64,000 nucleotides of DNA from Methanobacteriota archaeon. Lineage in GTDB: Archaea > Methanobacteriota > Methanobacteria > Methanobacteriales > Methanobacteriaceae. Of this stretch, positions 41,985 to 51,993 are shown piece by piece. The stretch spans positions 80,122 through 144,121 of the forward strand of contig CAWBCJ010000001.1 in NCBI GenBank assembly GCA_963787255.1. Reading direction: 5' to 3'. Within the stretch, counting starts at the first letter, position 1, and every line of letters starts with the position of its first letter. A model generated the notes under the pieces. The model had not been told where the DNA came from. It ran no database searches and saw nothing but the letters and a program-made list of their open reading frames with translations. Position numbers and translations under genes: made by a program.

Positions 41985-42893
41985 ATGTCTATAATCGAAA
42001 TTAAAGATTTAACCAAATTTTATGGGAAATTTCAGGCCTTGGATAAAATTAATCTTACGATTGAAAAGGGTGAAGTGTATGGATTCATTGGCCCAAATGG
42101 TGCGGGTAAATCCACCACGTTACGTATTCTTCTTGGATTGCTTAAAAAAGATGGTGGCGATGTCATTATTATGGGTAAAGATCCATGGCATGATGCAGTG
42201 AAACTTCATCGTAAATTGGCTTATGTTCCCGGAGAAGTGAATTTATGGCCAAATTTAACTGGTGGAGAAGTTATTGATCTTCTAGGCAGACTTAGGGGTG
42301 GATTCAAATCTAAACGCCGTGAAGAACTCTTGAAGCGGTTTAAACTAGATCCAACAAAGAAATGCAGTGCATATTCTACAGGTAACAGGCAGAAAGTTGC
42401 TCTTATATCTGCATTAGTTTCTGATGTGGAATTATACATTTTCGACGAACCTACAATAGGCCTTGATCCTCTAATGGAAGAAATATTCCGTCAATGTGTG
42501 AAGGAACTCAAAAAGGCAGGTAAAACCATATTATTGTCAAGCCACATACTTGCAGAAGTGGAAGCACTTTGTGATAGGGTTAGTGTTATTAAAGAAGGTA
42601 AAATAATCGAAACAGGCACTTTTTCTAAATTAAGGCATCTGACTCGTACCTCCATAACTGTAGATACCATTCATCCTATCACTGGACTTGAAAGTCTGGC
42701 AGGCGTGCATAATCTGAATATTGAAGGTACTCATGCTCATTTTAATGTAGATGCTGAACAAATAGACCCTGTAATACGGCATTTGGCTCAATTCAGTGTT
42801 CAATCACTTTTAAGCTCTCCCCCTACACTTGAAGAGTTATTTATACGTTATTATGGTGATGAATATGCAACACCGGAACAAAGAGATGTCTGA
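41985..42893 (+). CDS. ABC-2 exporter ATP-binding subunit (TnrB2/NarA-like)
   Basis: GPNGAGKS, DPW.DAV.LHR.LAYVPGEVNLWPNLTGGE, YSTGNRQK, FDEP, SSH. Confidence 0.93.
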   Translation: MSIIEIKDLTKFYGKFQALDKINLTIEKGEVYGFIGPNGAGKSTTLRILLGLLKKDGGDVIIMGKDPWHDAVKLHRKLAYVPGEVNLWPNLTGGEVIDLLGRLRGGFKSKRREELLKRFKLDPTKKCSAYSTGNRQKVALISALVSDVELYIFDEPTIGLDPLMEEIFRQCVKELKKAGKTILLSSHILAEVEALCDRVSVIKEGKIIETGTFSKLRHLTRTSITVDTIHPITGLESLAGVHNLNIEGTHAHFNVDAEQIDPVIRHLAQFSVQSLLSSPPTLEELFIRYYGDEYATPEQRDV

Positions 42894-42906
42894 GGAGTGA
42901 TTTTAA

Positions 42907-44511
42907 ATGCAGATTAAAATTGATGACTTTACAGGCACTGCAACCCTAACTAAGCTAATTTTACGTAGAGATCGGATAATTTTACCACTCTTCATCATTT
43001 TCATGGCCCTAATAATGATTGGTATTGCAGCCAGCTTTGTTAATCTCTATTCTGATACTGCAGCACGTCAAGCATTTTTTATACAAATACAAAATAACCC
43101 TTCCATTGTAGCGCTCTTAGGTTCAGTGCTTGATTCATCCATTGGCGGCTTAACCGCATGGAGAACTAGTGTAGCGGGCCCACTAATCATGGGGCTAATA
43201 AGTATCTTTCTCATGATTCGGCATACACGTAGCGAGGAAAGAAAAGGGCGCATGGAACTCCTGGACTCTACAGTCGTGGGTAGACAAGCAATGCTTACAT
43301 CTGCATTCATTACTACCTTCGGAACAAATATAATCATAGCTGTTATAATCAGCTTAGGTTTAATTGGATTAGGTCTTCCAGCAACAAGCTCTATTGTTCT
43401 CAGTTTAACCATAGCAGCTTTTGGATGTTTGTTTGCTGCAATTACAGGAGTTTGTGTACAGTTAACAGAAAGTTCTGGAGATGCCAGATATTTAACCATA
43501 GGACTTTTAGTTGGTTTTTATATGCTGCGTATCTTAGGATGGGATAATGGAGGAAATTCAGAGATATCATGGCTGTCGCCACTTGGTTGGGTGCATTATG
43601 TCCGTCCTTTTGCCGGTGATGAATTATGGGTTTTTGGAATATTCCTAATTTTTATCCTCGGCTTGACTATCACAGCCTACTGGCTTTCTTCAGTGCGTGA
43701 TGTTGGTGCGGGAATTATAGGTCAACGACCAGGCCCTGCAAGAGCGTCTAAGAATTTCAAAAGTTCATTTGCACTTGCATGGAGACTGCATCGTGGTTTG
43801 TTGCTCTTCTGGATATTAATATCTGCATTAATAGGCATAATTCTTGGATTTACCGCACAAACAGTTACTGATATTATTTCAACCAATCCTCAATTCCTGA
43901 GTGTGATTATGCAGTTAGGTGGCGATGCAGGTCCTGCTGATAGTTATTTTGCCTTGGTTTTAGCATTTTTAGGGGAAATATTTGCAGTTTATGCAATCTT
44001 AGCCACTTTAAAACTTCAATCTGAGGAGTCAAAGAAACATCTAGAACTAGTGCTTTCAAATTCTGTAAGCAGGAGCGGTTGGGCTTTAGGTAACCTATTT
44101 TTTGCAATTTTAGGCCCTGCAGTGGTGATGATAATATTTGCCTTATGTTCTGGCATAATCTATGGTTTAAATACAGATAATTTATCCCATGATCTTCCAC
44201 GCATATTAAGTGCAGCTATTGTGTATTTACCAGCAATATGGGTATTTACAGGAATTTCAATGGCAATATTTGGACTAATACCTCGCTTGGCATCTTTAAG
44301 CTGGGCAGCGCTGGGATTAGTCGTGATTATTGAGTTACTAGGTGAATTTTTTGATATCAGCCCATGGATACTAAATATATCCCCATTTACTAATGTGCCC
44401 AAGTTATTTGCTGGAGATACTGTAGGATGGTCTCTAGTTTTGGTTTTTGTTGTGGCAGTAGTACTTGTATTCATTGGTATAGTTGGTTTTAGGAGACGCG
44501 ATATCGCTTAA
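42907..44511 (+). CDS. ABC-2 exporter permease (TnrB3/NarB-like, internally duplicated)
   Basis: LRRDR, RHTRSEERKGRMEL, WLSPLGW, RDVGAG, second half E..K.LEL, C-terminal FRRRDI. Confidence 0.9.
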   Translation: MQIKIDDFTGTATLTKLILRRDRIILPLFIIFMALIMIGIAASFVNLYSDTAARQAFFIQIQNNPSIVALLGSVLDSSIGGLTAWRTSVAGPLIMGLISIFLMIRHTRSEERKGRMELLDSTVVGRQAMLTSAFITTFGTNIIIAVIISLGLIGLGLPATSSIVLSLTIAAFGCLFAAITGVCVQLTESSGDARYLTIGLLVGFYMLRILGWDNGGNSEISWLSPLGWVHYVRPFAGDELWVFGIFLIFILGLTITAYWLSSVRDVGAGIIGQRPGPARASKNFKSSFALAWRLHRGLLLFWILISALIGIILGFTAQTVTDIISTNPQFLSVIMQLGGDAGPADSYFALVLAFLGEIFAVYAILATLKLQSEESKKHLELVLSNSVSRSGWALGNLFFAILGPAVVMIIFALCSGIIYGLNTDNLSHDLPRILSAAIVYLPAIWVFTGISMAIFGLIPRLASLSWAALGLVVIIELLGEFFDISPWILNISPFTNVPKLFAGDTVGWSLVLVFVVAVVLVFIGIVGFRRRDIA

Positions 44512-44753
44512 AATCATATTCGTTATATAATAATCATAACCAATAAAAATAGTGAATTTAAAATAAGTCAAGAGGGGTTTAAATGATTTTATTGAAATAT
44601 TACATTTTTTTTTATTAGTTTCCCTGCACTTTTCTATTTCTGAACCTTTATAACCTCAAGAATGAATTCTACATGCTTTTACAGCCGTTCCCAAACCGTT
44701 TCCATGAGTTTTTCATCAGTTTCTTCGAAAAAAAATAATTGTAAATTTCTATT

Positions 44754-45956
44754 TTAGATTTTTGTTGTAAGAACTGGTTTAAACCTCATTAAAATCGCTA
44801 AAGCTACCAAAAGCAGAATTGCACCGCCCAAATATGGTGCTTCTGGATTAATATGGTCAAAAAGTATTCCAGCTGCTAAAGGGCCAAAAATAGTTGTTAA
44901 ACTGTTAAGTGATGTGCTTACACCAAAAATTTCCCCTATTTCTTGTGGATGTACCATTTTAGAAAGCTGTGAGTTTACACTGGGAGTAATTAAGCCTACG
45001 CCTAAACTTATAATACCAAGAACAGGATATAACATCCAGAATGAGTTTACCAATGCAAATAGTATCAATCCCACAGTTAAAATAATGGTTCCCATCATTA
45101 AAAGGTTTTTATCCCCAAAAATTTTGTACAGTTTCCCTATTAAACCTCCCTGGACAATGGCTATGACTATTCCGCTTACAAAAAGTAATCCTCCGATATT
45201 TAATGTATCAATATTGAATTTATCAATAATAAATACGGGAAAAGTTACCGTAAACCCATTAAAAGTGAAATTTACTATTAAAAAAACTATAAGCAACATA
45301 CCCAACATTGAACGAGTTATAAACTTCCCAATTGATGCAACAGGGTTTAAATCTTTCAATAATAATTTGGAAGAATCTCTTTTATCTTTAGGAAGTGATT
45401 CTGGAAGTATGAAAAACCCAACAACAGTTGCGGCCAATGAAAAAATTCCAGCAGCATAAGCAGGGGCAGAAAGACTTATCTGACTCAATAAACCCCCAAT
45501 AACAGGGCCAATAATGAAACCTAAACCAAAAGCCGCGCCTATAACACCAAGGTTTTTTGTTCGATCCTTAGGCGATGATATATCACTAATTATTGCTGAA
45601 GCCACAGATACATTACCTCCAGTAAATCCATCAATGATTCTGGAAATATAAAGTATCCACAATGCTCCTCCAATTCCAAAAATAAAGTATCCAATTGCAG
45701 AACCCAATAAACAGACCAGGAGGACAGGACGACGCCCAAAACGGTCTGATATTCTGCCTAAGATAGGGGCGCCTATAAATTGAAAAACAGCATAGAAAAC
45801 TGTGAGTAAACTTACTGCTAGGGCGGTAGTATTATATTCCCTAACTATAAATGCCTGAACCGTTATTAGTAGTGTTAAGCCGATGAAATTAAATAAAACT
45901 ATAGTAAATAGAAATGCTAAGATTTTTTTATTCATTTGCATTGTTTTTCCTGCCAA
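44754..45956 (-). CDS. MFS drug:H+ antiporter (TetA/DHA1-like)
   Basis: [41 protein letters not shown]. Confidence 0.93.
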   Translation of the reverse strand: MAGKTMQMNKKILAFLFTIVLFNFIGLTLLITVQAFIVREYNTTALAVSLLTVFYAVFQFIGAPILGRISDRFGRRPVLLVCLLGSAIGYFIFGIGGALWILYISRIIDGFTGGNVSVASAIISDISSPKDRTKNLGVIGAAFGLGFIIGPVIGGLLSQISLSAPAYAAGIFSLAATVVGFFILPESLPKDKRDSSKLLLKDLNPVASIGKFITRSMLGMLLIVFLIVNFTFNGFTVTFPVFIIDKFNIDTLNIGGLLFVSGIVIAIVQGGLIGKLYKIFGDKNLLMMGTIILTVGLILFALVNSFWMLYPVLGIISLGVGLITPSVNSQLSKMVHPQEIGEIFGVSTSLNSLTTIFGPLAAGILFDHINPEAPYLGGAILLLVALAILMRFKPVLTTKI

Positions 45957-46115
45957 AATCTGATATTAATATGATTTCGTTGAATTTAAGTATTTAATTT
46001 TTAATCTAATAAATAGTTTATCAAAATATTTATTTGTAAGCTTGAACAACATATATTATAGATTATATTTTAAAATCTAAGATAAATTAAGGGTTTAAAG
46101 GAGGTTGGGACTGAT

Positions 46116-46604
46116 ATGACAAGTTTTAATGTTAGGGAAATCCCTAAATTGATTATTTCGATACTTATAGTATTTTTAGCAGGTGCTGTGGGAACAGTTT
46201 TTACTCTGTCCGAAATAACAACTTGGTATGCCGCACTAGCCAAACCAAGCTTGACACCACCAAACTGGGCATTTGGGCCAGTATGGAGCACATTATATGT
46301 TCTAATGGGAATAGCGTTGTTTTTAGTTTGGAGAGAAGGTTTAGAAAGAAAAGAAGTTAAAGTAGCTATCCTTATATTTGCTGTTCAACTGGCTATAAAT
46401 GTAATGTGGTCTTTAGTGTTTTTCGGAGGGCACAACATATTTGGCGGTTTAGTTTTAATAGTAATTCTCTGGATAGCCATATTAATAAACATCATTGTTT
46501 TCTACCGTATTTCAAAAGCAGCAGGACTAATACTTATCCCTTACTTAATCTGGGTGAGCATAGCAACCTACTTAAACTACAGCGTTTTCATATTAAATCC
46601 ATAA
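46116..46604 (+). CDS. tspO: TspO/MBR tryptophan-rich sensory protein
   Basis: WYAALAKPSLTPPNWAFGPVWSTLY...LIPYLIWV.IATYLN. Confidence 0.93.
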   Translation: MTSFNVREIPKLIISILIVFLAGAVGTVFTLSEITTWYAALAKPSLTPPNWAFGPVWSTLYVLMGIALFLVWREGLERKEVKVAILIFAVQLAINVMWSLVFFGGHNIFGGLVLIVILWIAILINIIVFYRISKAAGLILIPYLIWVSIATYLNYSVFILNP

Positions 46605-46773
46605 AATATTTCCTATTTATTCTTTTTTTTTAGCATTTTGTTAATTATATAAATGATTTTAACCTGATTATAGTTTCAATAAAATATTTATTGGCATCTG
46701 AAAAGTTTAAAAAGTCTTTCTACCATATTGATAAAATAATTGTTATTAGAGGAAAATGTTAGGGGCAGTATTT

Positions 46774-47619
46774 ATGGATGTTATTCTTCAACAGTTTGCT
46801 AATTTGAGTGTTTTAATTTATATTGTTTCAACCATGTTATCTATGGGGCTTAGTTTTTTCCCAAAACAATTTATTGAACCTCTAAAAGATAAAAAACTTA
46901 TATTAAAGTCATTAGCTGCAAATTTCATACTTGTACCCATCATAACTTATATTATACTGCAAATAATACCTCTACAACCAGGTCTTGCTATTGGGCTGGT
47001 TTTAATGGCTGCAGGAGCAGGATCACCCTTTATGCTAAAATTAGTTCAATTTATGAAAGCAAATATTGCATTTGCTGTAGGACTAATGCTAATATTATCA
47101 ATAGTAACTTTAATCTACATGCCCCTTGTACTTTCTTTCCTTTTACCTGGTGTTTCAGTAAATCCTTTATCTATAGCCGTTTCCTTATTGATTTTAATAT
47201 TTTTACCATTAATCATTGGAACATCAGTAAAATGGAGATATAACAATATTGCTGAAAAAATTAAACCCACATTTAATCAAATATCCAACATATTCATATT
47301 TGTTGTAGTAATTCTTTATCTTGTTCTCAACTATAGAGACTTTTTAACAGTATTCGGTACAGGAGCCTTAATAGCGGCCATAATATTCGTTTTAACATCC
47401 TTCTCAATAGGGTATTTATTAGGAGGCCCTTCAAAAGATACAAAAACAGTACTTGGCCTTGGAACCACTATAAGAAACTCATCTGCCGCTTTTGTAGTGG
47501 CCGTTGCCAACTTCAGTGCAGAATACGATGTTATGGCCATGATAATCGTAGTATATTTAATCAGCATAATCATGATGATGATAATCTCCGGAGAAATCAA
47601 CAAAAGAACAAAAGAATAA
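46774..47619 (+). CDS. Bile acid:sodium symporter family protein
   Basis: MLSMGL, ANFILVP, GLVLMA...GSP, GYLLGG, RNSSAA. Confidence 0.88.
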   Translation: MDVILQQFANLSVLIYIVSTMLSMGLSFFPKQFIEPLKDKKLILKSLAANFILVPIITYIILQIIPLQPGLAIGLVLMAAGAGSPFMLKLVQFMKANIAFAVGLMLILSIVTLIYMPLVLSFLLPGVSVNPLSIAVSLLILIFLPLIIGTSVKWRYNNIAEKIKPTFNQISNIFIFVVVILYLVLNYRDFLTVFGTGALIAAIIFVLTSFSIGYLLGGPSKDTKTVLGLGTTIRNSSAAFVVAVANFSAEYDVMAMIIVVYLISIIMMMIISGEINKRTKE

Positions 47620-47740
47620 GAATGCCAACATAGACGAATCTGGGTCAAATCAGAATATGGAGTTGGTTCTACTTTTTATTTTACTATTTCATTAAAATAA
47701 GTTAATTTTATATTTTTTTTCTTATTTTGTTAAGTGCTTA

Positions 47741-47773
47741 TTGTGAGTAAATTTTATATAGTCCTTTCAAAAC
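47741..47773 (+). repeat. 33-bp direct repeat, right copy
   Basis: TTGTGAGTAAATTTTATATAGTCCTTTCAAAAC; 6480 bp from the left copy. Confidence 0.85.
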
Positions 47774-48211
47774 AGAATACTCTAAGAAAGCCTGCAGGAT
47801 AAAATCAAGTTTGAAAAGGAAATAAATCCATAGGGCAGTTATAAAACCAACTTTAATTTGATGGATAATGAATTTTTAAAATTTTCACTATCTGTGTCAA
47901 TGTTCAGACTCATTAAGCCATAGATAGGGATAATATAATCATAGTTTATGCAATATGGTAGCAGATAATTAAAGCTTCCTGCAATATACTTAAAGCCAGT
48001 ATGAAAAGACATTAGCACTGACTGTTTGATAGATACCACTGTATGTATAAACCTTGATTACTTTAATTCGCGCTGAAATTAGTCAAATGAGTTAAAAGAG
48101 CAAATATAATATTTTATAGTTTAGTATGAGGTTTTATTAAAGAGCTGGCTTTTTAGAATCATTACTTAAAAATAGAAAAATAAGTAGAGTTACTAAAAAA
48201 TTACTATCAAA

Positions 48212-48451
48212 CTATGCTTTTTCTTTAATCCATTTTTTAATTTCATCTACTGAAGGAAGCCGACCCATAGATTTTATTTCACCATCAACAGCAAGGCCTG
48301 GCATGGAAATTAAGCCTGCTTCCAAGATCTTATCCATATCTTGAATTTTTTCTATTTCAACATCAATATCTAATTCATCAACTGCTTTTTTAACAGTTTT
48401 TTCTAAATTTATGCAATTAGAACATCCTGTTCCATATACTTGTACTTTCAT
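48212..48451 (-). CDS. Small thioredoxin-like redox-active disulfide protein (MTH895 type)
   Basis: VYGTGCSNC...MPGLAVDGE.KS.G. Confidence 0.9.
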   Translation of the reverse strand: MKVQVYGTGCSNCINLEKTVKKAVDELDIDVEIEKIQDMDKILEAGLISMPGLAVDGEIKSMGRLPSVDEIKKWIKEKA

Positions 48452-49481
48452 ATTTTATCACCTTTTTAGTTGTAAAGAGAAAATAGGGTACTGATCTAAT
48501 TAAATAAATTATTGCATTAAATAAATACCCTATAAATATTATTCCAGCAGCCATAATTCCAACAAATATTGCCAGAAGTTTGGGCTTTAAAACTTTTCTT
48601 AGAATTATCATCTCTGGTAATGATAAAGCAGTTACTGCCATCATAAATGCCAATGCAGTACCAACAGCCATTCCTTTATCAATCAAAACAGCAACTAATG
48701 GTATAATTCCTGCAGCATTTGAATATAAAGGCACTCCAATAAGAACAGCAATAGGAACTGCCAAAGGATTACCAGGACCAGTATATTTAACTAATAGCTC
48801 ACTGGGAACATAACCATGTATTATAGCACCTATACCAATTGCAATAATTACATATGGAGTAACTCTTCTTAAAATGTCAGCCATGTTGTCCCATCCGTAT
48901 CTTAAACGTCCTTTCATGGTCATTTTTTCTTCAACAGATGCAGAACCTCCTGCAGCCTCCATTTTCTCAACCATTTCATACACATAGCTTTCAACTTCAC
49001 CTTCTAATTTAAGCTTACCAATTACAATACCCGCAATTATGGCTATTATAACTCCTGAGATAATGTATAACCCAGTTATTTGCCATCCAACCATTCCTAA
49101 AAGTAAAATAATAGCTATTTCATTTACCATAGGGGATGCAATTAAGAATGAAAATGTCACACCTAAAGGTATTCCTGCCTCCACAAATCCTATAAATAGA
49201 GGTACAGCAGAACAAGAGCAAAAAGGAGTAATTATACCTAAAAGAGCAGCCAATACATTACCTATATATTCATTTCTGCCCCTAACAACTTGCCTTACCT
49301 TAACAGGTGAAATATAACTCCTGATAAAAGATATTATAAATATTAACACTGTAAGCAGTATCAAAATCTTTATAGTATCATATATGAAGAAATTGACAGC
49401 ACTACCAAGCATGGAAGCTGGATTTAAACTTAATATTACATACGTAAAGTAATTCACTATCTCTTGTAAGATATCTGCCAT
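48417..49481 (-). CDS. ArsP/DUF318 family permease (C-terminus reads into the next gene, so the true stop may be earlier)
   Basis: FFIYDTIKI, ITPFCSCSAVP, FSFLIASP, IHGYVP, GVPLY, ALSLPE. Confidence 0.9.
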   Translation of the reverse strand: MADILQEIVNYFTYVILSLNPASMLGSAVNFFIYDTIKILILLTVLIFIISFIRSYISPVKVRQVVRGRNEYIGNVLAALLGIITPFCSCSAVPLFIGFVEAGIPLGVTFSFLIASPMVNEIAIILLLGMVGWQITGLYIISGVIIAIIAGIVIGKLKLEGEVESYVYEMVEKMEAAGGSASVEEKMTMKGRLRYGWDNMADILRRVTPYVIIAIGIGAIIHGYVPSELLVKYTGPGNPLAVPIAVLIGVPLYSNAAGIIPLVAVLIDKGMAVGTALAFMMAVTALSLPEMIILRKVLKPKLLAIFVGIMAAGIIFIGYLFNAIIYLIRSVPYFLFTTKKVIKYESTSIWNRMF

Positions 49482-49546
49482 AGTTATTACTCCATATAGT
49501 TATCCACTTTTTCCATAATTTATATAAATTAAGTAATACATTTATT

Positions 49547-50161
49547 TTATTTATTCCAACCAAGAGTTTTCATTAACTGTTCACCAAGTAAATCCCTTAA
49601 ATCATCCACACTACCCTTATTTTTTGCTTCAAATAATGGAGTACATTGATTTAAAGTAGATTCTCCAGAAAGCAATTTCATTGCAAAAGCTAAACAGGTA
49701 GCTTCCCCACATTCTTCACAATTTGTCTTTGGTAAACAATTATAAATTGCAAGAGGACCTATTTTTGATAATTTTCGAGACAAATCCTCACCTACAGGAC
49801 CACCATCTTGAGATTCCAAGTATGATTCATTGATTTTCTCCATAATTCCACTTATTATCTCAATTGCTTCCTCTTGATCCCTTGTATTATTCATAGTGAC
49901 TTTACCATCTGGATAAAATGTGATAATCCGGTCAAAATCCGAAATTGTAAGGATTTTTTTACGCTGGATCAAACTAATTTTTCCTGGAGGGTACTTGGAG
50001 GCTAAAATAGGTATCACATTCCCTTCTAACTCTGAATCAAGCTGCATTGTAAGCCTGATCCTGCCTTTAGTTGCAATACAAGGTAAAATTTTTTTAATTG
50101 AAACACAGTTAACAAGTGCCCCATCTTCAAAAACATTGTAATTAATTTCGTCCATTTCCAT
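49547..50161 (-). CDS. Fe-S-binding protein (C-terminal RnfB/AcsC-type FeS domain)
   Basis: LPCIA, ITFYPDGKV, LPKTNCEECGEATCLAFA...CTPL. Confidence 0.85.
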   Translation of the reverse strand: MEMDEINYNVFEDGALVNCVSIKKILPCIATKGRIRLTMQLDSELEGNVIPILASKYPPGKISLIQRKKILTISDFDRIITFYPDGKVTMNNTRDQEEAIEIISGIMEKINESYLESQDGGPVGEDLSRKLSKIGPLAIYNCLPKTNCEECGEATCLAFAMKLLSGESTLNQCTPLFEAKNKGSVDDLRDLLGEQLMKTLGWNK

Positions 50162-50173
50162 TAAAAACTCCTC

Positions 50174-50527
50174 CTAAATCTTAATCACTTTACTTTTAGA
50201 TTGCATTACATCATAAAGTGATTTATCTTCAATTATTTCAGTTATTTCAATTAAATCATTGTAATCTAAGCCACGTTGAATTAAAGAATCTACATGAACA
50301 AATATTTTACCTTGTGGAAATACAGAATACATCAATTCGCCAATATTAGGGTAATGTATAGATTCTTCTGAATTTTGGCAAGCTAAAGCAGCGTAAACTC
50401 CATCATCCAATAAAAGGACATCAGCACTGAAATCTCTATCCAAACAGGCTATTGCAACGTAAAGTCCTCCTAAAGCATTTTCACGTCCGTAAGGAGCTTT
50501 ATCAATAACTATCATTACAGATTTCAT
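50174..50527 (-). CDS. DsrF/TusC-like sulfur relay protein
   Basis: IDKAPYGRE, LLDDGVY, DSLIQRGL. Confidence 0.85.
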   Translation of the reverse strand: MKSVMIVIDKAPYGRENALGGLYVAIACLDRDFSADVLLLDDGVYAALACQNSEESIHYPNIGELMYSVFPQGKIFVHVDSLIQRGLDYNDLIEITEIIEDKSLYDVMQSKSKVIKI

Positions 50528-50529
50528 GC

Positions 50530-50913
50530 TTAGCCACCTAAAGTAATGACTTTATCAGTTTTTTTCATCCATTCCGCCAGATCATAAACGCTGGTTATTT
50601 CAACACCATCAATGTAATGGGATTTATCTATATGTCCCCTTGCAGTGGCACATCTTACACATACTTTTATTTCACAGCCTTTTTTTATTAAATCTTCATA
50701 AAGCACTGCACTAATGGGAAGTGCACGTGGATCCTGATTTTTTATGGGAATGTGTGCTCCATCCATGTATAAAAATATTTTAACGTTATAATCATTTTCC
50801 AAGGCACTTTTTGCAAGGTTATAACCAATATCTGCATACTCTGAAACATATGGGCCATCTAATAATACAAGGATTAATGTATCATTGTATGTTTCTGTAT
50901 TTTCTGATAACAT
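50530..50913 (-). CDS. DsrE/TusD-like sulfur relay protein
   Basis: DGPY, IFLYMDG, KNQ.P, active-site CVRCATARG. Confidence 0.88.
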   Translation of the reverse strand: MLSENTETYNDTLILVLLDGPYVSEYADIGYNLAKSALENDYNVKIFLYMDGAHIPIKNQDPRALPISAVLYEDLIKKGCEIKVCVRCATARGHIDKSHYIDGVEITSVYDLAEWMKKTDKVITLGG

Positions 50914-50922
50914 GGTTTTAAT

Positions 50923-51111
50923 TTACCCTTTTTCGCAACTAAAGCATAATTCAGTATTTCTATCTGTTTTAAATACTTTACCGCAATTTTTACATATTAT
51001 TGTTTTTAGGGATGTTTCTTTCTTTTCTATAATTCCCATCTGACATGCACAGCCTTTGCCACTTGTCATACTTTTAATTTTTGCTTCAAACCCTTTCTCA
51101 TCGTTATTCAT
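50923..51111 (-). CDS. Cys-rich zinc-ribbon microprotein (paralog C)
   Basis: AGGTGA RBS; GCACQMGI...ICKNCGKVFKTDRNTELCFSC. Confidence 0.8.
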   Translation of the reverse strand: MNNDEKGFEAKIKSMTSGKGCACQMGIIEKKETSLKTIICKNCGKVFKTDRNTELCFSCEKG

Positions 51112-51148
51112 GTTAATTCACCTTTAAAATCGTATATTTGTGATTATT

Positions 51149-51472
51149 TTAAAAACTTAAAATTTGATCAAAACTTTCCATAATGTCTATTACTACCTGA
51201 TCATAATGAGCGAATGGGACAACTCCAATTATTAGATGTTCAGTTAATATTCCTCTTGCTTTAAGGTCATCGCTATTTGCATAAATTTTCGAGTTAGTAA
51301 GAATATTTTTTATCTTATCAACCGCCATATTGTCCTTTCTAGCGCAGTAAACACCATTTCCCATAAGATAAATTGAAAGTTGATTTTTATCCTGGTATAA
51401 TTCGGTAAATTTTAAAAAGGTTTTAAAACCTTGTTCTGACGGTGATTTAGTTAATATAAATCCTACGTGCAT
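51149..51472 (-). CDS. DsrH/TusB-like sulfur relay protein
   Basis: LTKSP, YLMGNGVY, DDLKARGI, YDQVV. Confidence 0.85.
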   Translation of the reverse strand: MHVGFILTKSPSEQGFKTFLKFTELYQDKNQLSIYLMGNGVYCARKDNMAVDKIKNILTNSKIYANSDDLKARGILTEHLIIGVVPFAHYDQVVIDIMESFDQILSF

Positions 51473-51499
51473 ATTAATCCTCTAAAGTTAATTATTTTA

Positions 51500-51709
51500 C
51501 TACACCTTTAATTTCTTGCGTTTTTTAACATTTTGAACAGAATAAATATCTTTATCTGTAGTTAATACCTCATCACAAGCTTCACTATGGCTCATTTCAC
51601 CACTTCTTTTTGTATCTATTATATTAAAGATACTACATTTGCTTCTTTTCTTCCTATCCTCTTTTACTGCTTTTTCAAATTCTTTTTCATGTTCTGGTGT
51701 TACCCGCAT
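51500..51709 (-). CDS. Degenerate zinc-ribbon microprotein (paralog B)
   Basis: KCSIFNII...SEACDEVLTTDKDIY; a one-base shift after DIY gives CSKC, matching paralogs A and C. Confidence 0.6.
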   Translation of the reverse strand: MRVTPEHEKEFEKAVKEDRKKRSKCSIFNIIDTKRSGEMSHSEACDEVLTTDKDIYSVQNVKKRKKLKV

Positions 51710-51755
51710 CCATAATCACGACCATATTTTCAAAGTTTAACATAAAAAATCATCG

Positions 51756-51932
51756 CTAACAGCTATTTTTACCTTTTTCCCGGCAATCTGGACAGATATA
51801 AACATCTTTATCTGTTGTGAATACTTTATCACAAACTTCACATATGGCCTCTTTTGAACTTTCTTTATGTGGAGTTATGCTTAAAATGCATGAAGATCCA
51901 CCTACACTACGTTTAATTCCTTTTTTAGCCAT
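51756..51932 (-). CDS. 58-aa Cys-rich zinc-ribbon microprotein (paralog A; not in the ORF track)
   Basis: Manual translation MAKKGIKRSVGGSSCILSITPHKESSKEAICEVCDKVFTTDKDVYICPDCREKGKNSC*. Confidence 0.8.
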   Translation of the reverse strand: MAKKGIKRSVGGSSCILSITPHKESSKEAICEVCDKVFTTDKDVYICPDCREKGKNSC

Positions 51933-51993
51933 TTAAATACCCTAATTAATTAAATATGATTTAATATTCATGTTTTTTATGGGATGAGTTGAT

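Noticed and set aside
44630-44730. Possible TetR C-terminal remnant (FEETDEKLMETVWERL*KHVEFIL)
   Set aside because: Too short and interrupted to assign.
47839-48039. 66-aa ORF next to the right 33-bp repeat
   Set aside because: No RBS or family motif; probably decayed or non-coding sequence.
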